Of a DNA stretch of 64,000 nt, positions 47,198-58,222 are shown in pieces; positions within the stretch are counted from its first letter, which is position 1; each line of letters begins with the position of its first letter. The translations under genes and the position numbers were made by a program. The notes beneath the pieces were generated by a model. It did not search any database. It saw nothing but the letters and a program-made list of their open reading frames with translations, and had not been told where the DNA came from. This DNA comes from Azolla caroliniana (taxonomy: Eukaryota > Plantae > Polypodiophyta). The stretch lies in NCBI GenBank assembly GCA_043228905.1, contig JBHGNT010000018.1, forward strand, positions 5,022,001 to 5,086,000, given 5' to 3'.

Positions 47198-47807
47198 TGT
47201 CTAGAACAATACTAAGATAGAGAGGGAATTAGTACGAAAAGATGTGAATTAGTACTAAGAGAGAGAAAAGGGTGTAGAACTCACGAGAGAAGGAGAGAGA
47301 GAGAGAGAAAGAGAGAAAGAGAGAAAGAGAAAGAGATGAAAGAGAGAGAGAGAGAGAGAGAGAGAGTGTGTGTGTGTGTGTGTGTGTGTGTTAGAACCAA
47401 GAATAAAAGATAGAGTGATGGAAGAAGGATATAAGGGAACATGAGAAGAAAGGAATGAAATGCTAAGAGAAGAATGGGTGTATTAAGATAGAGAAAGAAA
47501 GAGAATGGATACAAGATATGTAATAAGAGCTAAAGACTAGCGTTGATTCGAATTGATTTGAGAATACATGTATGCCCTTATTTATAGGTTCCTATAGAAT
47601 AGCTTAGAGATTTCCAGAATGTTCTAGAACATTCTAGAACATTTTAGAATGATCTAGAGTTTTTACAATAATCAATCTAATAAAAAAAGTAGATTTTATT
47701 CTCTCATATGACAATAAGTTATCTTAATGGTTGAGGTTTTCAATTATGGATTACAATGTTCGAGGTTCAAGTCCGAGTGACGCCATAATGGTCATGTGTT
47801 CATGACA
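47198..47807 (-). repeat. LTR shared between T5 (3' end) and T4 (5' end), containing an (AG)n(TG)n tract at ~47284-47390
   Basis: PPT on the right (GAAGGAGGGATAG) and PBS plus gag on the left. Confidence 0.8.
47717..47790 (+). promoter_or_regulatory. Degenerate tRNA-like A-box/B-box cassette in the T5/T4 LTR U3 (antisense)
   Basis: TATCTTAATGGTTGAG...CGAGGTTCAAGTCC. Confidence 0.5.
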
Positions 47808-49424
47808 CTATCCCTCCTTCGAGAACGTCGAGCGGAAGTCGGCATTAACATTGTAGGGCCAGGTTTGTTTGGATAGTGGCGGTGGAAGTCGTCGACAAGA
47901 GCTTGAGTATTACAAATGTTATCGACAGGTTCCCAAGTGCGATCACTCGAAGGATAGTCAAGCAAATCAACTAGATAATAAAGCTTATTGCACACAATCT
48001 TAGAATTGAGAGTAGCAGCTACCTCGTATTCGGGGCTGTCAACCAGTTGGACAAAAGGCGGTGGTGGTACGACACGATTAGGAATTAAAGAGGTGCGGCA
48101 ATGTTCCAAAAGAGAGCTATGAAAGACTGGGTGAAGCTGCATATGTGTAGGAAGGTTAAGACAAAATGTTGCATCATAAATCTGCGTTGTGATGACAAAA
48201 GGACCTAAGCGTTGATAATTGAGCTTAGCACACGGGCGGGTAGTCTTGATGTGACGACGAAGCAACCATACTCGGTAACCAACCTTAAAAGGAGACTTAA
48301 GACGATGTTGATCGGCATTGGTCTTATGGTGTGCTTGTGCTTTTTGAAGATGTGAAGATAACTCAAACTGGATTTGTTGTAGTCGGTGGAGGTGATGCGC
48401 CACACTTGGGTTTCGTGACACCTCAAGGAGATCCAGGATACACCATCGAGGGTGGTTGCCAGTGTAGGAAAAGAAAGGTGTAACTTTAGTAGAAGAGTGT
48501 ACCGTGTTGTTGTATGCAAACTCAGCAAGATGTAAAATATTGCTCCAATCATCTTGTTGATAACTGATGAAGCATCGAAGATACTGCTCGAGTGTTTGAT
48601 TTGTGCGCTCTGTTTGTCCGCTAGTTTGTGCATGATAAGCCAAAGAGAGTTTGCAGGAGATTTTGAGGCCTGCCCATAGGTGCTTCCAAAAGTGTGAGAT
48701 AAATTGAGGACCTCAATCGCTAATAATATCATTTGGGAGACCATGATGGCGAAACACGTCACACATAATGAGATCTGCAGTTTCTTCACTATTAATGGTC
48801 TTTATACACGGTACAAAATGTGCCATCTTTGTGAACTGATCCACTACTGTTAAAATACTATCAAAGCCTTTGGAAGGTGGCAGATCCATAATGAAATCCA
48901 TAGAATTAGACTGTCATGGCTTGCTGGGAGGTGGTAATGGTTGTAGTAAGCCATAAGAATGATGCCTGGGTATTTTGGCACGATAGCATGCGTCACATGT
49001 GTGAACGTAATCTTCGACAAATTTTTGCACGTGAGACCACCAAAACGAACGTTTCACCAACTCAATGGTCTTGACAATACCAACATGTCCAGCCATGGGG
49101 GCATCATGACAATATTCTAACACTTGAAGTTGGGGTGATCCGTCAAGGACATAAAGGAGATTCTTGTAGAAGAGTAAGCCATCTTGCCACTTGAAGTCCT
49201 GATAATGTTGAGATGACCCTTGCAATGTGGAGCAAGATGGACGACTTGAACCAATGTGGACTAAGACATCCTTAGCAAAATCATCAGAGTGAAGTTGTTG
49301 CCGAATAGTATCAATAAGGCTAGAATCAAGTGGCGTGGCATAAATTGTTGTTCCCTGTAGCTTTAATGGCCCGGGGAGAATCTGGTTTTGATTGTCAAAG
49401 TCCGGATCTCCAGGTCGAAGAGCT
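47808..49424 (-). pseudogene. Divergent chromovirus T5: integrase and chromodomain remnant
   Basis: HDAPMAGHVG, MDFIMDLPPSKG, EYEVAATLNSK..RTWEP. Confidence 0.9.
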
Positions 49425-49979
49425 GATCAAGATGTGGGTGAATGTAGTTAGTTAGTTTGGGTTGGGTAGTTCTTTTATGTCAGTTGGTTAGATTTAAAGA
49501 TGTAATTTTCATTTTACTTTTACTTTTATTAACTTTAAATTTAAACGTTGGTTTCTTATGTAAACGTAGTCAAACAGGAGGAGTTCTTGGAGCAGAGGAG
49601 ATGGGAGGAGATGCAAGGGGTTGATGTGCAGAAGAGATCGGAGGAGGTGCAAGGGGTTGATCAACATGAATAAAAGGGTGAGGGATTACCATATAACGAT
49701 CGACAACATCGGGGACTTCATCAAAGTGAGAGGTGGCTTTCTTCGATTGATTGTTGGTGGCGATTACAACGGCATCAACATCCTTTTGTCGTTGGCAAGG
49801 GCAGCGACTATCATCATCAATGTTGTTGTGTTGGTAGCAAAAGGCGGCATCGGCGGCAGTGTTGTGTGGGAGGCGGCAACAACGATGTTCTATTGGCGGG
49901 AGGCGGTGGCGGCAGCGCTAGTTGGAAGGCAGCAGTCGTCAGCAACAATGAAAAGCCTTGTAGTCATTTGCATCTACGT

Positions 49980-50972
49980 TGTCGTGAAGATCCGTCACTA
50001 CGCGCGGATCGTGAGGCGGAACCGTCGGGGTTCTGGACCAGAAGGATTTAGAGTCGATACAAGCTTTGGCGAGAAAGTACTTAAGATATATTGGGAAAGA
50101 GAGAAGATGAGATTACACGATTGATTTGATAACGAATTTCTTCTTCTTAATTTTCATAAAAAAAAACCGTGTTTTTTCTCCTCCCCCTTCCCTCTTTTAT
50201 AGATGCTCTCATGCATATGATGCATGTGAGGGTACAAGACATGCATAAATTGCATGTTTGCCATTTGGCGCTTAAGTATTACATGTGGTGCATGCTAACC
50301 ATGTCACTCATTTTAGCTCTCATGTATGAGAATTTACATGTAAAAGTACAATGATAGAAATATAATTTCAATTAAATAGCATGGCTTAATGGTAAGCCAA
50401 TTGACTCCTAACTTGGAGGTGCAAGGTTCAAATCCATACTTGCCCTCCTTGTATATGTAAATATGTATATATATTTATATATTTATTTTATCTAGTCGCC
50501 GGACGCCGGTTCGCCGGATACCGTCGTCGGATACCGGTGCCTCGCCAGATACCGGTGCCGGATACCGCCGTCGGATCACCGGCTCCATCGCCGGTCCGGT
50601 TTTGGTTGGCCAAAACCCTTTACGAGTAGCTAGCCACCTCCACTCTTAGGTCAAGTTACCTTGACTCTCTATGCTCCACACATAGACACAAAGATAATAT
50701 CTTTTGCTCCACCTTATATATGATGAGAACCGTATTTGTCGTGCCTATGTGGGATATCTCACAATTTTCTCTTTTCTTTTCACAAACTTTATACCCTCAT
50801 ATCTTGACATTTAGTTGTCCATTTCTCGTGTAATAAAGTGCATTCGAAACCTCCATCATTTTGTACTTAGATATTAAAAATGTTATCTTCACAATTATTG
50901 TATTACGTGATTCATACTCGATTTCGTACGTTTTATGGGATTTTCACACTATTGCCGAAAATCTTCACGACA
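49980..50972 (-). mobile_element. Solo LTR X2 (993 bp), near-identical to X1 in inverted orientation
   Basis: 12-bp TIR; 4-bp TSD ACGT (49976-49979 and 50973-50976). Confidence 0.9.
50377..50447 (+). promoter_or_regulatory. tRNA-like A-box/B-box cassette in X2 (antisense to the LTR)
   Basis: TGGCTTAATGGTAAG...GGTTCAAATCC, close to the Pol III consensus boxes TRGCNNARYGG and GGTTCGANTCC. Confidence 0.65.
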
Positions 50973-52694
50973 ACGTACCCAACAAAAATCGCTTTTCTAG
51001 CTCTTTGTTCTAACTTGGATCGTTTTTCAGCACAAACAAAGGCGTATGCAAGGCAACCAAAGATTTTGAGATCTTGCAAATTTGGTTTTACTCCAAACCA
51101 TAACTCGTATGGTGTGATTAACCCAAGTGTTCGATGATAGTTACGATTTTGGAGATAACATGTTGTTGCTACAGCTTCTTCCCAAAATGAGGGCAAAAGT
51201 GACACGAGGTTCAGCATGCTCCGGGCCGAATTAAGGAGTGTTCGATTTTTTCGTTCAGCTAGACCATTTTGTTGTGGTGTCGAAGGAACAAAAATTCGTT
51301 GTAAAATTCCATGGTCTTTACAAAAATTTGTAAACTTGTTAGATGCATATTCTCCTCCCCCGTCAAATTGTAGATATTTCAATTGTAGATTTAGTTGCTT
51401 TTTTGTTAGTGATTTGTAATTTGTAAAAGCTGTGAAAGCTTGGTCTTTGCTTTTGAGGAATGTTAGTATCGTAAACCTTGTATAATCATCGATGAAACTA
51501 ATGAAATATTTTGATTTTAAAAGTGATTGAGTTGGGAATGGACCACATATGTCACTGTGGACGAGTTCAAGTGGTCGACTTCTTCGTGAGTTACTTGTAG
51601 GAAACTTTGATGATGCCATTTTGCCAAACAAGCACGCATCACATAGGTCGATTTTGCAAAACATATCCTTTGGGACTCCTTGAGTGAGCTTGTGAGTTTG
51701 GAGTGTTCGCATAGCAACAAGGTGTGGATGTCCGAGTCGATAGTGCCAAAGTAAGGTGAGTTATTGTTGTCTTTCGATTTCGGTTGTGTGAACTTCGATT
51801 TTTGATTGGGTTGTTGGATGTACACTAATTGGATATAACCCTCCTTGTCTTTTGCAGGAAGTTCGTATCGTGAGACCATTTGGTAGAAGATGACGAATCA
51901 CGGCTTGGTTATGATGGAACTCGATGATGGTTCCATTCGAAGTTGATTGACTTATCGAAAGGAGGTTCTTGGTGATATCAGGCACGTGGTACACATCATT
52001 TATTGTGAAGTTTCCTCCTCCAAAGATATGAAAAGTAAGTTGGCCTTGCATAATGCTTGTTTTACTCCATTATTTCCAAATCTAACAGTTATTGGATTTT
52101 GTAGGGGTGTGTACCTTTGAAGCCAATCTGATTGATGTGTGAGGTGGTTCATTGCTCCAATGTCGAGATATCATTTGTCATCCTTCTTGACACTACATCC
52201 CAAAGTTTGTAGTGTTGAAATAATAATTCGAGTCGAGCACTCCAAATGCGATAATTTTGCTTTGATAACTTTACTAAGGAAAGTTTATGTGTGTTGAGAA
52301 TGTTGGCAGGAGTTGAGGATTGTGCCATTTTTATGGAAGAGGTTTATCCGGCTTAGCACTCGTCTTAATGACAAACCAATCAATGCTCCTGGGATTCTCT
52401 AGTCTTATTTGATAGATGCGGAAATCTATAAATCTAATACCATGTAGAATTTGGCAACTATACAAATAGAGAATGATTGCTAGAGAGAGATCACACATAA
52501 ATAAAATTTGTTCTATATTGATTGTATTATTGTTACATTAGCCAAATGGCTTGTTTGTAGAGCCGATGAACAAAAAGTTATGTCTCTTCAATGAAGAGTT
52601 TTCTCTAAAGTCTAATAATAAATAACTCTTCGTAATTACTTATTTTTAATAATAATAATAATAATATAATATTTAGATTAAATATTTCCACACT

Positions 52695-53947
52695 TGTTGG
52701 ATGGTCTGCCATTGCTACTGCAAGATGGTGATCTAGTGAACCTTCGAGAAGTTCAATGATTTCGATTCCTACAATAATCTGGAATGGCCATTGAACTGCG
52801 ATGGCCAGCCGGACAGAGACATCCAACAGCGGCGGTGATGGCCACGGTCAAAGACGGCCATAGGCAGAACTGGACACATACATCCGGACGTGGCCGAGAC
52901 AGCCGACCACACGAGGATGGCCGGCGACCGAGATGTGTGGCCGAGAGCACAACCGAGACGCACGATCGAGAATACAATTGAGATGCGTGGATGAGAAGAC
53001 AACTGAGACGCGCAACCGAGAGGACGGCTGAGAGGTGTGGTCGAGACACGCGATTGAGAGTACAGCCCAGATGCGCAACCCAGAATATGGCCGAGTGGCC
53101 GCTAAGACAACCAAAGAGAAGACAAAGAAGAATGTGTATAAGAAAGAGAAGAGGGGCAGAGAGGAGAACTTAAAAAGCTCAAGGGTATCCATTAAAATTT
53201 TGAAAAGAAGAGGGCATACGTCTAAATATCATAATGGCATATGATAGAATTTTAGAAAAAAAAATTGAGGATAAAAAAAACGAAAGTTTCTAAAACCATG
53301 GGCTACAAATCATGGAATTTCGAAAACACAACTCACATGATGAAAGAAAGAATGCACAAACACACAACACGATTTCACGACCCATGCCGCAATGAACTAG
53401 CCAATTGGTGTATGATCCAAATCGCGAGTTGTGCTGATCAAATGAGATGGTTCGAGTCAAGCAAAGCTCCGATCGAAGTTATCAATCGTAGAGCAATGAT
53501 CCGGTTGAGGGATTTTCCGACCATTGAGACGACCGATGGAGTTCCAGTCAAGAGTTGTCATGGCGAGTGGGTTCACCGTGCAATGCATTGTCCCACATGC
53601 GTGCCATGTGTAACCCGTAGGAATATACGGGGAGGCATAAAGGGTGGAACACGATAATATGGTTGATGTGTATGTGTAATATGAATGACTGGATGAGGGT
53701 GAGTATGTGTATGAACTCATGTGCATTTGTGTGCATGTGTACAAGAATGCGTAACGGTCTTATTTATAATGGTCATGTAACTGTTACATTGGATGTATTA
53801 TATAAACCCCCTATGGGGTATGTAATGAATAGCTTTTCTCCCTCTCATTTTGGTGACGTTTTTATTTTCACTCACTCCTCTCTCTCTATCATAAACCCCC
53901 TTGGGAAGGGGGTGGAGCCATTCTAGGCTTCACCCCCCACCCCAACA
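52695..53947. repeat. Possible LTR-like segment of unknown family
   Basis: TGTTGG..CCAACA termini; the right end abruptly truncates the C3 gag; no matching TSD. Confidence 0.3.
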
Positions 53948-54694
53948 ATAGGAGGTTGCAGGATCCAACTCTCTCGTATTCATATTTAATAGTTGTCGAA
54001 ACAATATGAGTTTCGATGAGGACTTCTTTTCGTACACCGCTTGCAACTTCTCCCATAACGAGAAAGTTGTCGTCTCCTTGGCCATGCTGAAGTAGACGTT
54101 TCTGGCCAGATGCATTCGGATGGTGGAGCGCGCAATTTCATCTACTGATCTCCACCCTTCGGTTGTCATCAAAGCAGGTTTTTCACTGTGTTGAATGGCT
54201 TTGACTTGTCTTCTAATGATCAAGACATTCTGCATCAACTCCTTCCATAGGGCAAAGTTTTTGCCGTCGAACTTTCGGATTTCAACTCCTACACCGGATG
54301 TTGAAGGCATGTTTTTTTTAAAAGTGAGATTTTTGACTAACTTGGTCTTTTCCTTCAGTTCTTTTTGTTGTTTTGTTGCCATCGAACAACAAGTTGCTCT
54401 GATACCACTTGATGTACAATATGCACGGAAGATGTGTTTGAGGACCTATTGGTTATGCACAACCAACAACATACACAGATATGTAGCAAGAGGAGTACTA
54501 GATAGACAAGAAGTTAAGCTCCAATGGTCATTCTCATTATTCTCTATTTTTTTCTCTCTCAGAGACTCGCTATACAAGAATGATAAAGTAGAACAGGTTA
54601 CAACGTTAGGTTATTGCTTATATCTTAGCCCTAACTATTTGGACGTGTTCACACTAAGATACAAATTGGAAGGAGTCGGCCTTTTATGCCAACA
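53948..54694 (-). mobile_element. Copia C3 5' end: LTR ~54410-54694, tRNA-Met PBS, Tnt1-like gag start
   Basis: PBS TGGTATCAGAGC (54396-54407); KFDGKNFALWK..ARSTIRMHL..LWEKLQAVYEKKS. Confidence 0.85.
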
Positions 54695-56186
54695 CAATGA
54701 AACAACCTAGGTGAGTGAACCGAAACTGCATTCCTTGGTCGACGATTTGTTCGACCGGCACTAGATTCTTGGTGATCGTCGAAACATGTAGGACATTCAT
54801 TAGTCTCCCTTTCTGGCCGACATGGCTCAAGGGGACGTTGCTGACATGCTCGATGGGATGTGAGGTGTCGTCGTCAGTTTCAACGACCCCCAACTAATCT
54901 GTCTTCTCAAGATATGAGAACCACTCTTCGTGGCTCGTCATGTGATTCGATGTTCCGGAATCGACATACCACACCTCGTTTGGTTTCGAGGTGCCTGTCT
55001 TCATCGAGTTGGCCTTATGCTTCATTACAAATGTAGGACCCGTTCTGGTTTGGTTCTACCCTTCAGTGAACTGCAATCGCTGCCAATTTCCCTGTGCTTT
55101 GCCTGACTCTGTGTGCATATGCTTTTGCTATTGTCGGCCGCCACCATTGCGTGCAGATCTGCCACATTCTCCATGACTGTGGGGCCTATCCGCGTCCGTG
55201 TACAACATCTGGCTCCTTGACGCACTTGTGTGGTTTTCTTTGACCATAAGCATTGATTGCAAATCTAAGAATGACGGTGATTTCTCCCTCGTTCAAATTG
55301 TCATTCGGATCAGCTCGTACCTCAGAGCTAGACCACCAAGGCAAATCTATACCATTTCTTCTTCGGCCACTAACACATTGATGGACCCTAAGGCGTCGTA
55401 GATCTCCTTGATCTTTGCGATGTAGTCGATCACTAGCATATCCTTCTATCGAACATTGTTGAGCTCTTGTTGAAGCTGCAAATTCCAGGTCGTGGTACTT
55501 GCGGGGAAAATCTTCTTATGATTTCCCATGTCTCCTTCGGCGTCTTTGCATTCCAAATGTAGCCTAGCATCTGAGCATGTACACAAGATGCAAGGCAGTA
55601 CAAAGACTCTACTTGCTCCTTGCTCCCAGGACGGAAAATCCTTGTGTGCCAATTCTGGTGCTACTTCATTTTCTCCTTGGATGTTAACTCCACTAGCCAT
55701 GCCCGAGCAGGTACTGGTGCATCTTGTATTCCCAAGATGCATAGTTGCTTCAATCCAACTTCTGCCTCTATCCATGTTTCTATTCTTCTCTTTTTCGGAA
55801 CCCTACTACGGACACGTGTCAGAAAGCTACGTCGTCTACGGAGGATCTTCTCAACCCTCACGCTTTGATACCATGTAAAGATTTACGTGCGGAAGCTTGT
55901 GAACCGACATTCGGTCGGTTATCTGGAAGATGAATAGTTAGTCAACACAAAACACAGAGTACAAGAGAGAGAGAGAGAGAGTGAGCATGCAACAAAAAAT
56001 TCTATTACAAGGTACTCCAAAAACACTTAGTTCCTTAGATAGTGCTTATGTGCACTTTATATATACAAACCCATCTGTTAGGGCCATAAAGAAGTACTGA
56101 CATGTACTTCAATGCTCTTAAAAAAGCATCTGACACTGATTTCCAACACTGGACCTATTTAATAAAATACATAGGTCTACTCAACA
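54695..56186 (-). mobile_element. Copia C4 5' end: LTR ~55874-56186, tRNA-Met PBS, degenerate gag and protease
   Basis: PBS TGGTATCAAAGC (55862-55873); protease motif WYVDSGTSNHMT at ~54940-54970; VLHV..ITKNLV. Confidence 0.82.
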
Positions 56187-56719
56187 CGTGTGATGTTCCG
56201 GACGGCTTCCGCAGCCGCTCCGTTATCCGGATTCGGTATCTGGCACTTCAGCCAATACGACATCCAGTCCAAAACCCAGTCCAGAGCTTAAGCTTATTAG
56301 CCTAAGTGGGCCTAGCCAACCGGATCGATTCCGGTCTAGCCTACCTGGTTGTCCAGCTGGTCCAACCCATGTTGAGCTTGCTCGCTCAACAACATATATG
56401 GCTAGCATTGTCATGATGTGGTGTGTGCGAAGGGAGAAATTTGTTAATGTGTGAGGTTTACTATAGGTGAAGGTTCTCATTAAAGACTTAGTGTTATTTT
56501 AACACTTTTTTACTTAGGCCATAAAAGCATGCTAAACAAAGAGAAAGCACTATATAACATGTATATTGCTTTGATCTCACAAGCCCAGTTAGTATTTTTA
56601 GGGATATTAGCACATATTGGGGCCTCAACAGAAGATAAGGACTTTATTTCCATGGGCCCAAAGCAAAGGGAGGGCATCAAAATTCTCGAGCAACAGAAAA
56701 GAAAGGGTAGGAAATATAT

Positions 56720-57230
56720 GGTATATATTGAAGTATTGAGGAGCTAGAGGTATATATATGCGGTTTGTCGATGTATCGAGAAGTGTTTTTATGGATTCAT
56801 CATAAGACTACAAAGTGGGGAGCTATGGTTTTTGAGCTCCCGATCTCCTGAACTTGCGCATGAATTTTGGAACACATACACATGTACACATGCATACACA
56901 CACACAATGTGCACACTCATTCTCTCACTCACACAGACACAAACACAAACACAAACACAACATCTCATCACTCAATCGTTCAGTCACCCACTTAGAGGCA
57001 TATGGTATACATCGAAGTATTGAGGAACTAGAGGTATATATACTTGGATAGTTGATGGATCGAGGAGCATAATAATTTGTGGATTCCTCATAAGACTATG
57101 AAGCGTGGAGCTATGGTGTTTGAGCTCCTGATCTCCTAAACCTGTGCGACCATCCTGGAACACACTCACACTCACATACACAACCAAATACAAACAATGA
57201 GTCATTCAATCACTCAGTTACTCACTCATA
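56720..57230. repeat. Diverged tandem duplication, unit ~285 bp
   Basis: GAAGTATTGAGGA.CTAGAGGTATATATA...CATAAGACTA...GGAGCTATGGT.TTTGAGCTCC.GATCTCCT occurs at ~56730 and ~57013, each followed by CA-rich tracts. Confidence 0.75.
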
Positions 57231-57717
57231 GGCTTGAGGAATGATAGGCTTCGTTTGGTTTCTTTGCCTTGAAACTGAATCGAACTGAACCGAACCATTT
57301 ATATAAAACAAAAACCAGACCAACCCGTTTATGAACTCAAAATCCATTTAAACCAAACAATTTAAGAAAAGGTAAACCAAACCATTTAAGTCAAACTAAT
57401 TGAAGAAACTAAATAATAAAAAATGTATTGTAACATTAAATAAACATTTAAGTTAAATAACTTAAATCAATAAAAAAACATTAGTTAAACCATTAAATTA
57501 ATAAACTATTAAGGAGAAAAAAGGGTTAACCAAAAACCAAAAAACCTTTTAAACAAACCGCTTAATCCTACAAACCAATCAACCCAAGTTTTAGAACCAA
57601 AACCAAACTGAAACCAAACCTTTTATTTATAATCGAAACTAAGTCAAACCATTTAATTATTTTGGAATAGATAAACCGTTAAACCATGACTTAATGGTTT
57701 AGTTCGGTTCGAGCATA
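57229..57717. mobile_element. Degenerate MITE-like element rich in AAACC/GGTTT subrepeats
   Basis: Same subrepeat style as the MITE at 60639; imperfect TIR; no TSD found. Confidence 0.45.
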
Positions 57718-57792
57718 TAAGTAGGCTTGGGAGCTTTTGAGGCATTTTTTTGGTGGTTGTTTTTTTGTTTTGTTCCTCTGCTCAATTAAGAG

Positions 57793-58054
57793 CATAGTAC
57801 GTAATATACTCGAATGCATTGGAAAACATTCGTAGTTCATACGAATGAAACCAAATGAGTATGTTATCAAAACATTCTTAATGTTTTTTTTTTAACACTT
57901 TTTACCATAACTTTCTCATCTTAAATTTGTTTTTACCTTATAATATATATAATGAATACAAAAGTGTGGTATTTACCATACTTCGAGGGTGTTTATCATT
58001 CTCGAGTGATTGAAAACATTCGCGAATGCGAGTGCACGTATGGTTCATACGATG
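57793..58054. mobile_element. hAT-type MITE in the E2 promoter region
   Basis: Perfect 8-bp TSD ATTAAGAG (57785-57792 and 58055-58062); imperfect TIR CATAGTACG/CATACGATG. Confidence 0.75.
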
Positions 58055-58222
58055 ATTAAGAGAACAAATTTAACTGCAAATCCTTTCCTTCCTTTCAAAT
58101 AAGTAACCAAGAAGAAGAAGAAGAAGAACAGAGCAAAAAGCAGAAAGCAGAAAGCAGAAAGAAGAGAACAGAGTGACCTCGATCTGCCATCGCCGTCCTC
58201 TGCTCAACTGCCTCTACTCCCC

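Larger units (their letters stand above)
28552..47807 (-). mobile_element. Chromovirus T4 (3'-truncated), split by A4
   Basis: pol at 28552-30369 and gag/protease at 45709-47127 join across A4; PBS GTTTGAACCGATTTTC; LTR 47198-47807. Confidence 0.85.
49425..52200 (-). pseudogene. Ty1/Copia copy C2: protease, GAG-pre-integrase and integrase remnant
   Basis: CDACLFGK, LELVHSDICGP, FIDDYTR, PQQNGLAERKNRTL, KAIFVGY; interrupted by X2; boundaries approximate. Confidence 0.85.

Noticed and set aside
49621-50124. 167-aa ORF sharing a C-terminus with ORF 15256-16146
   Set aside because: The shared VVKIRHYARIVRR.. tail is only read-through into the end of solo LTR X in both places.
50377-50447. Functional tRNA genes at the tRNA-like cassettes
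   Set aside because: No convincing acceptor or anticodon stems; only the A/B boxes are retained, and all copies lie inside LTRs.
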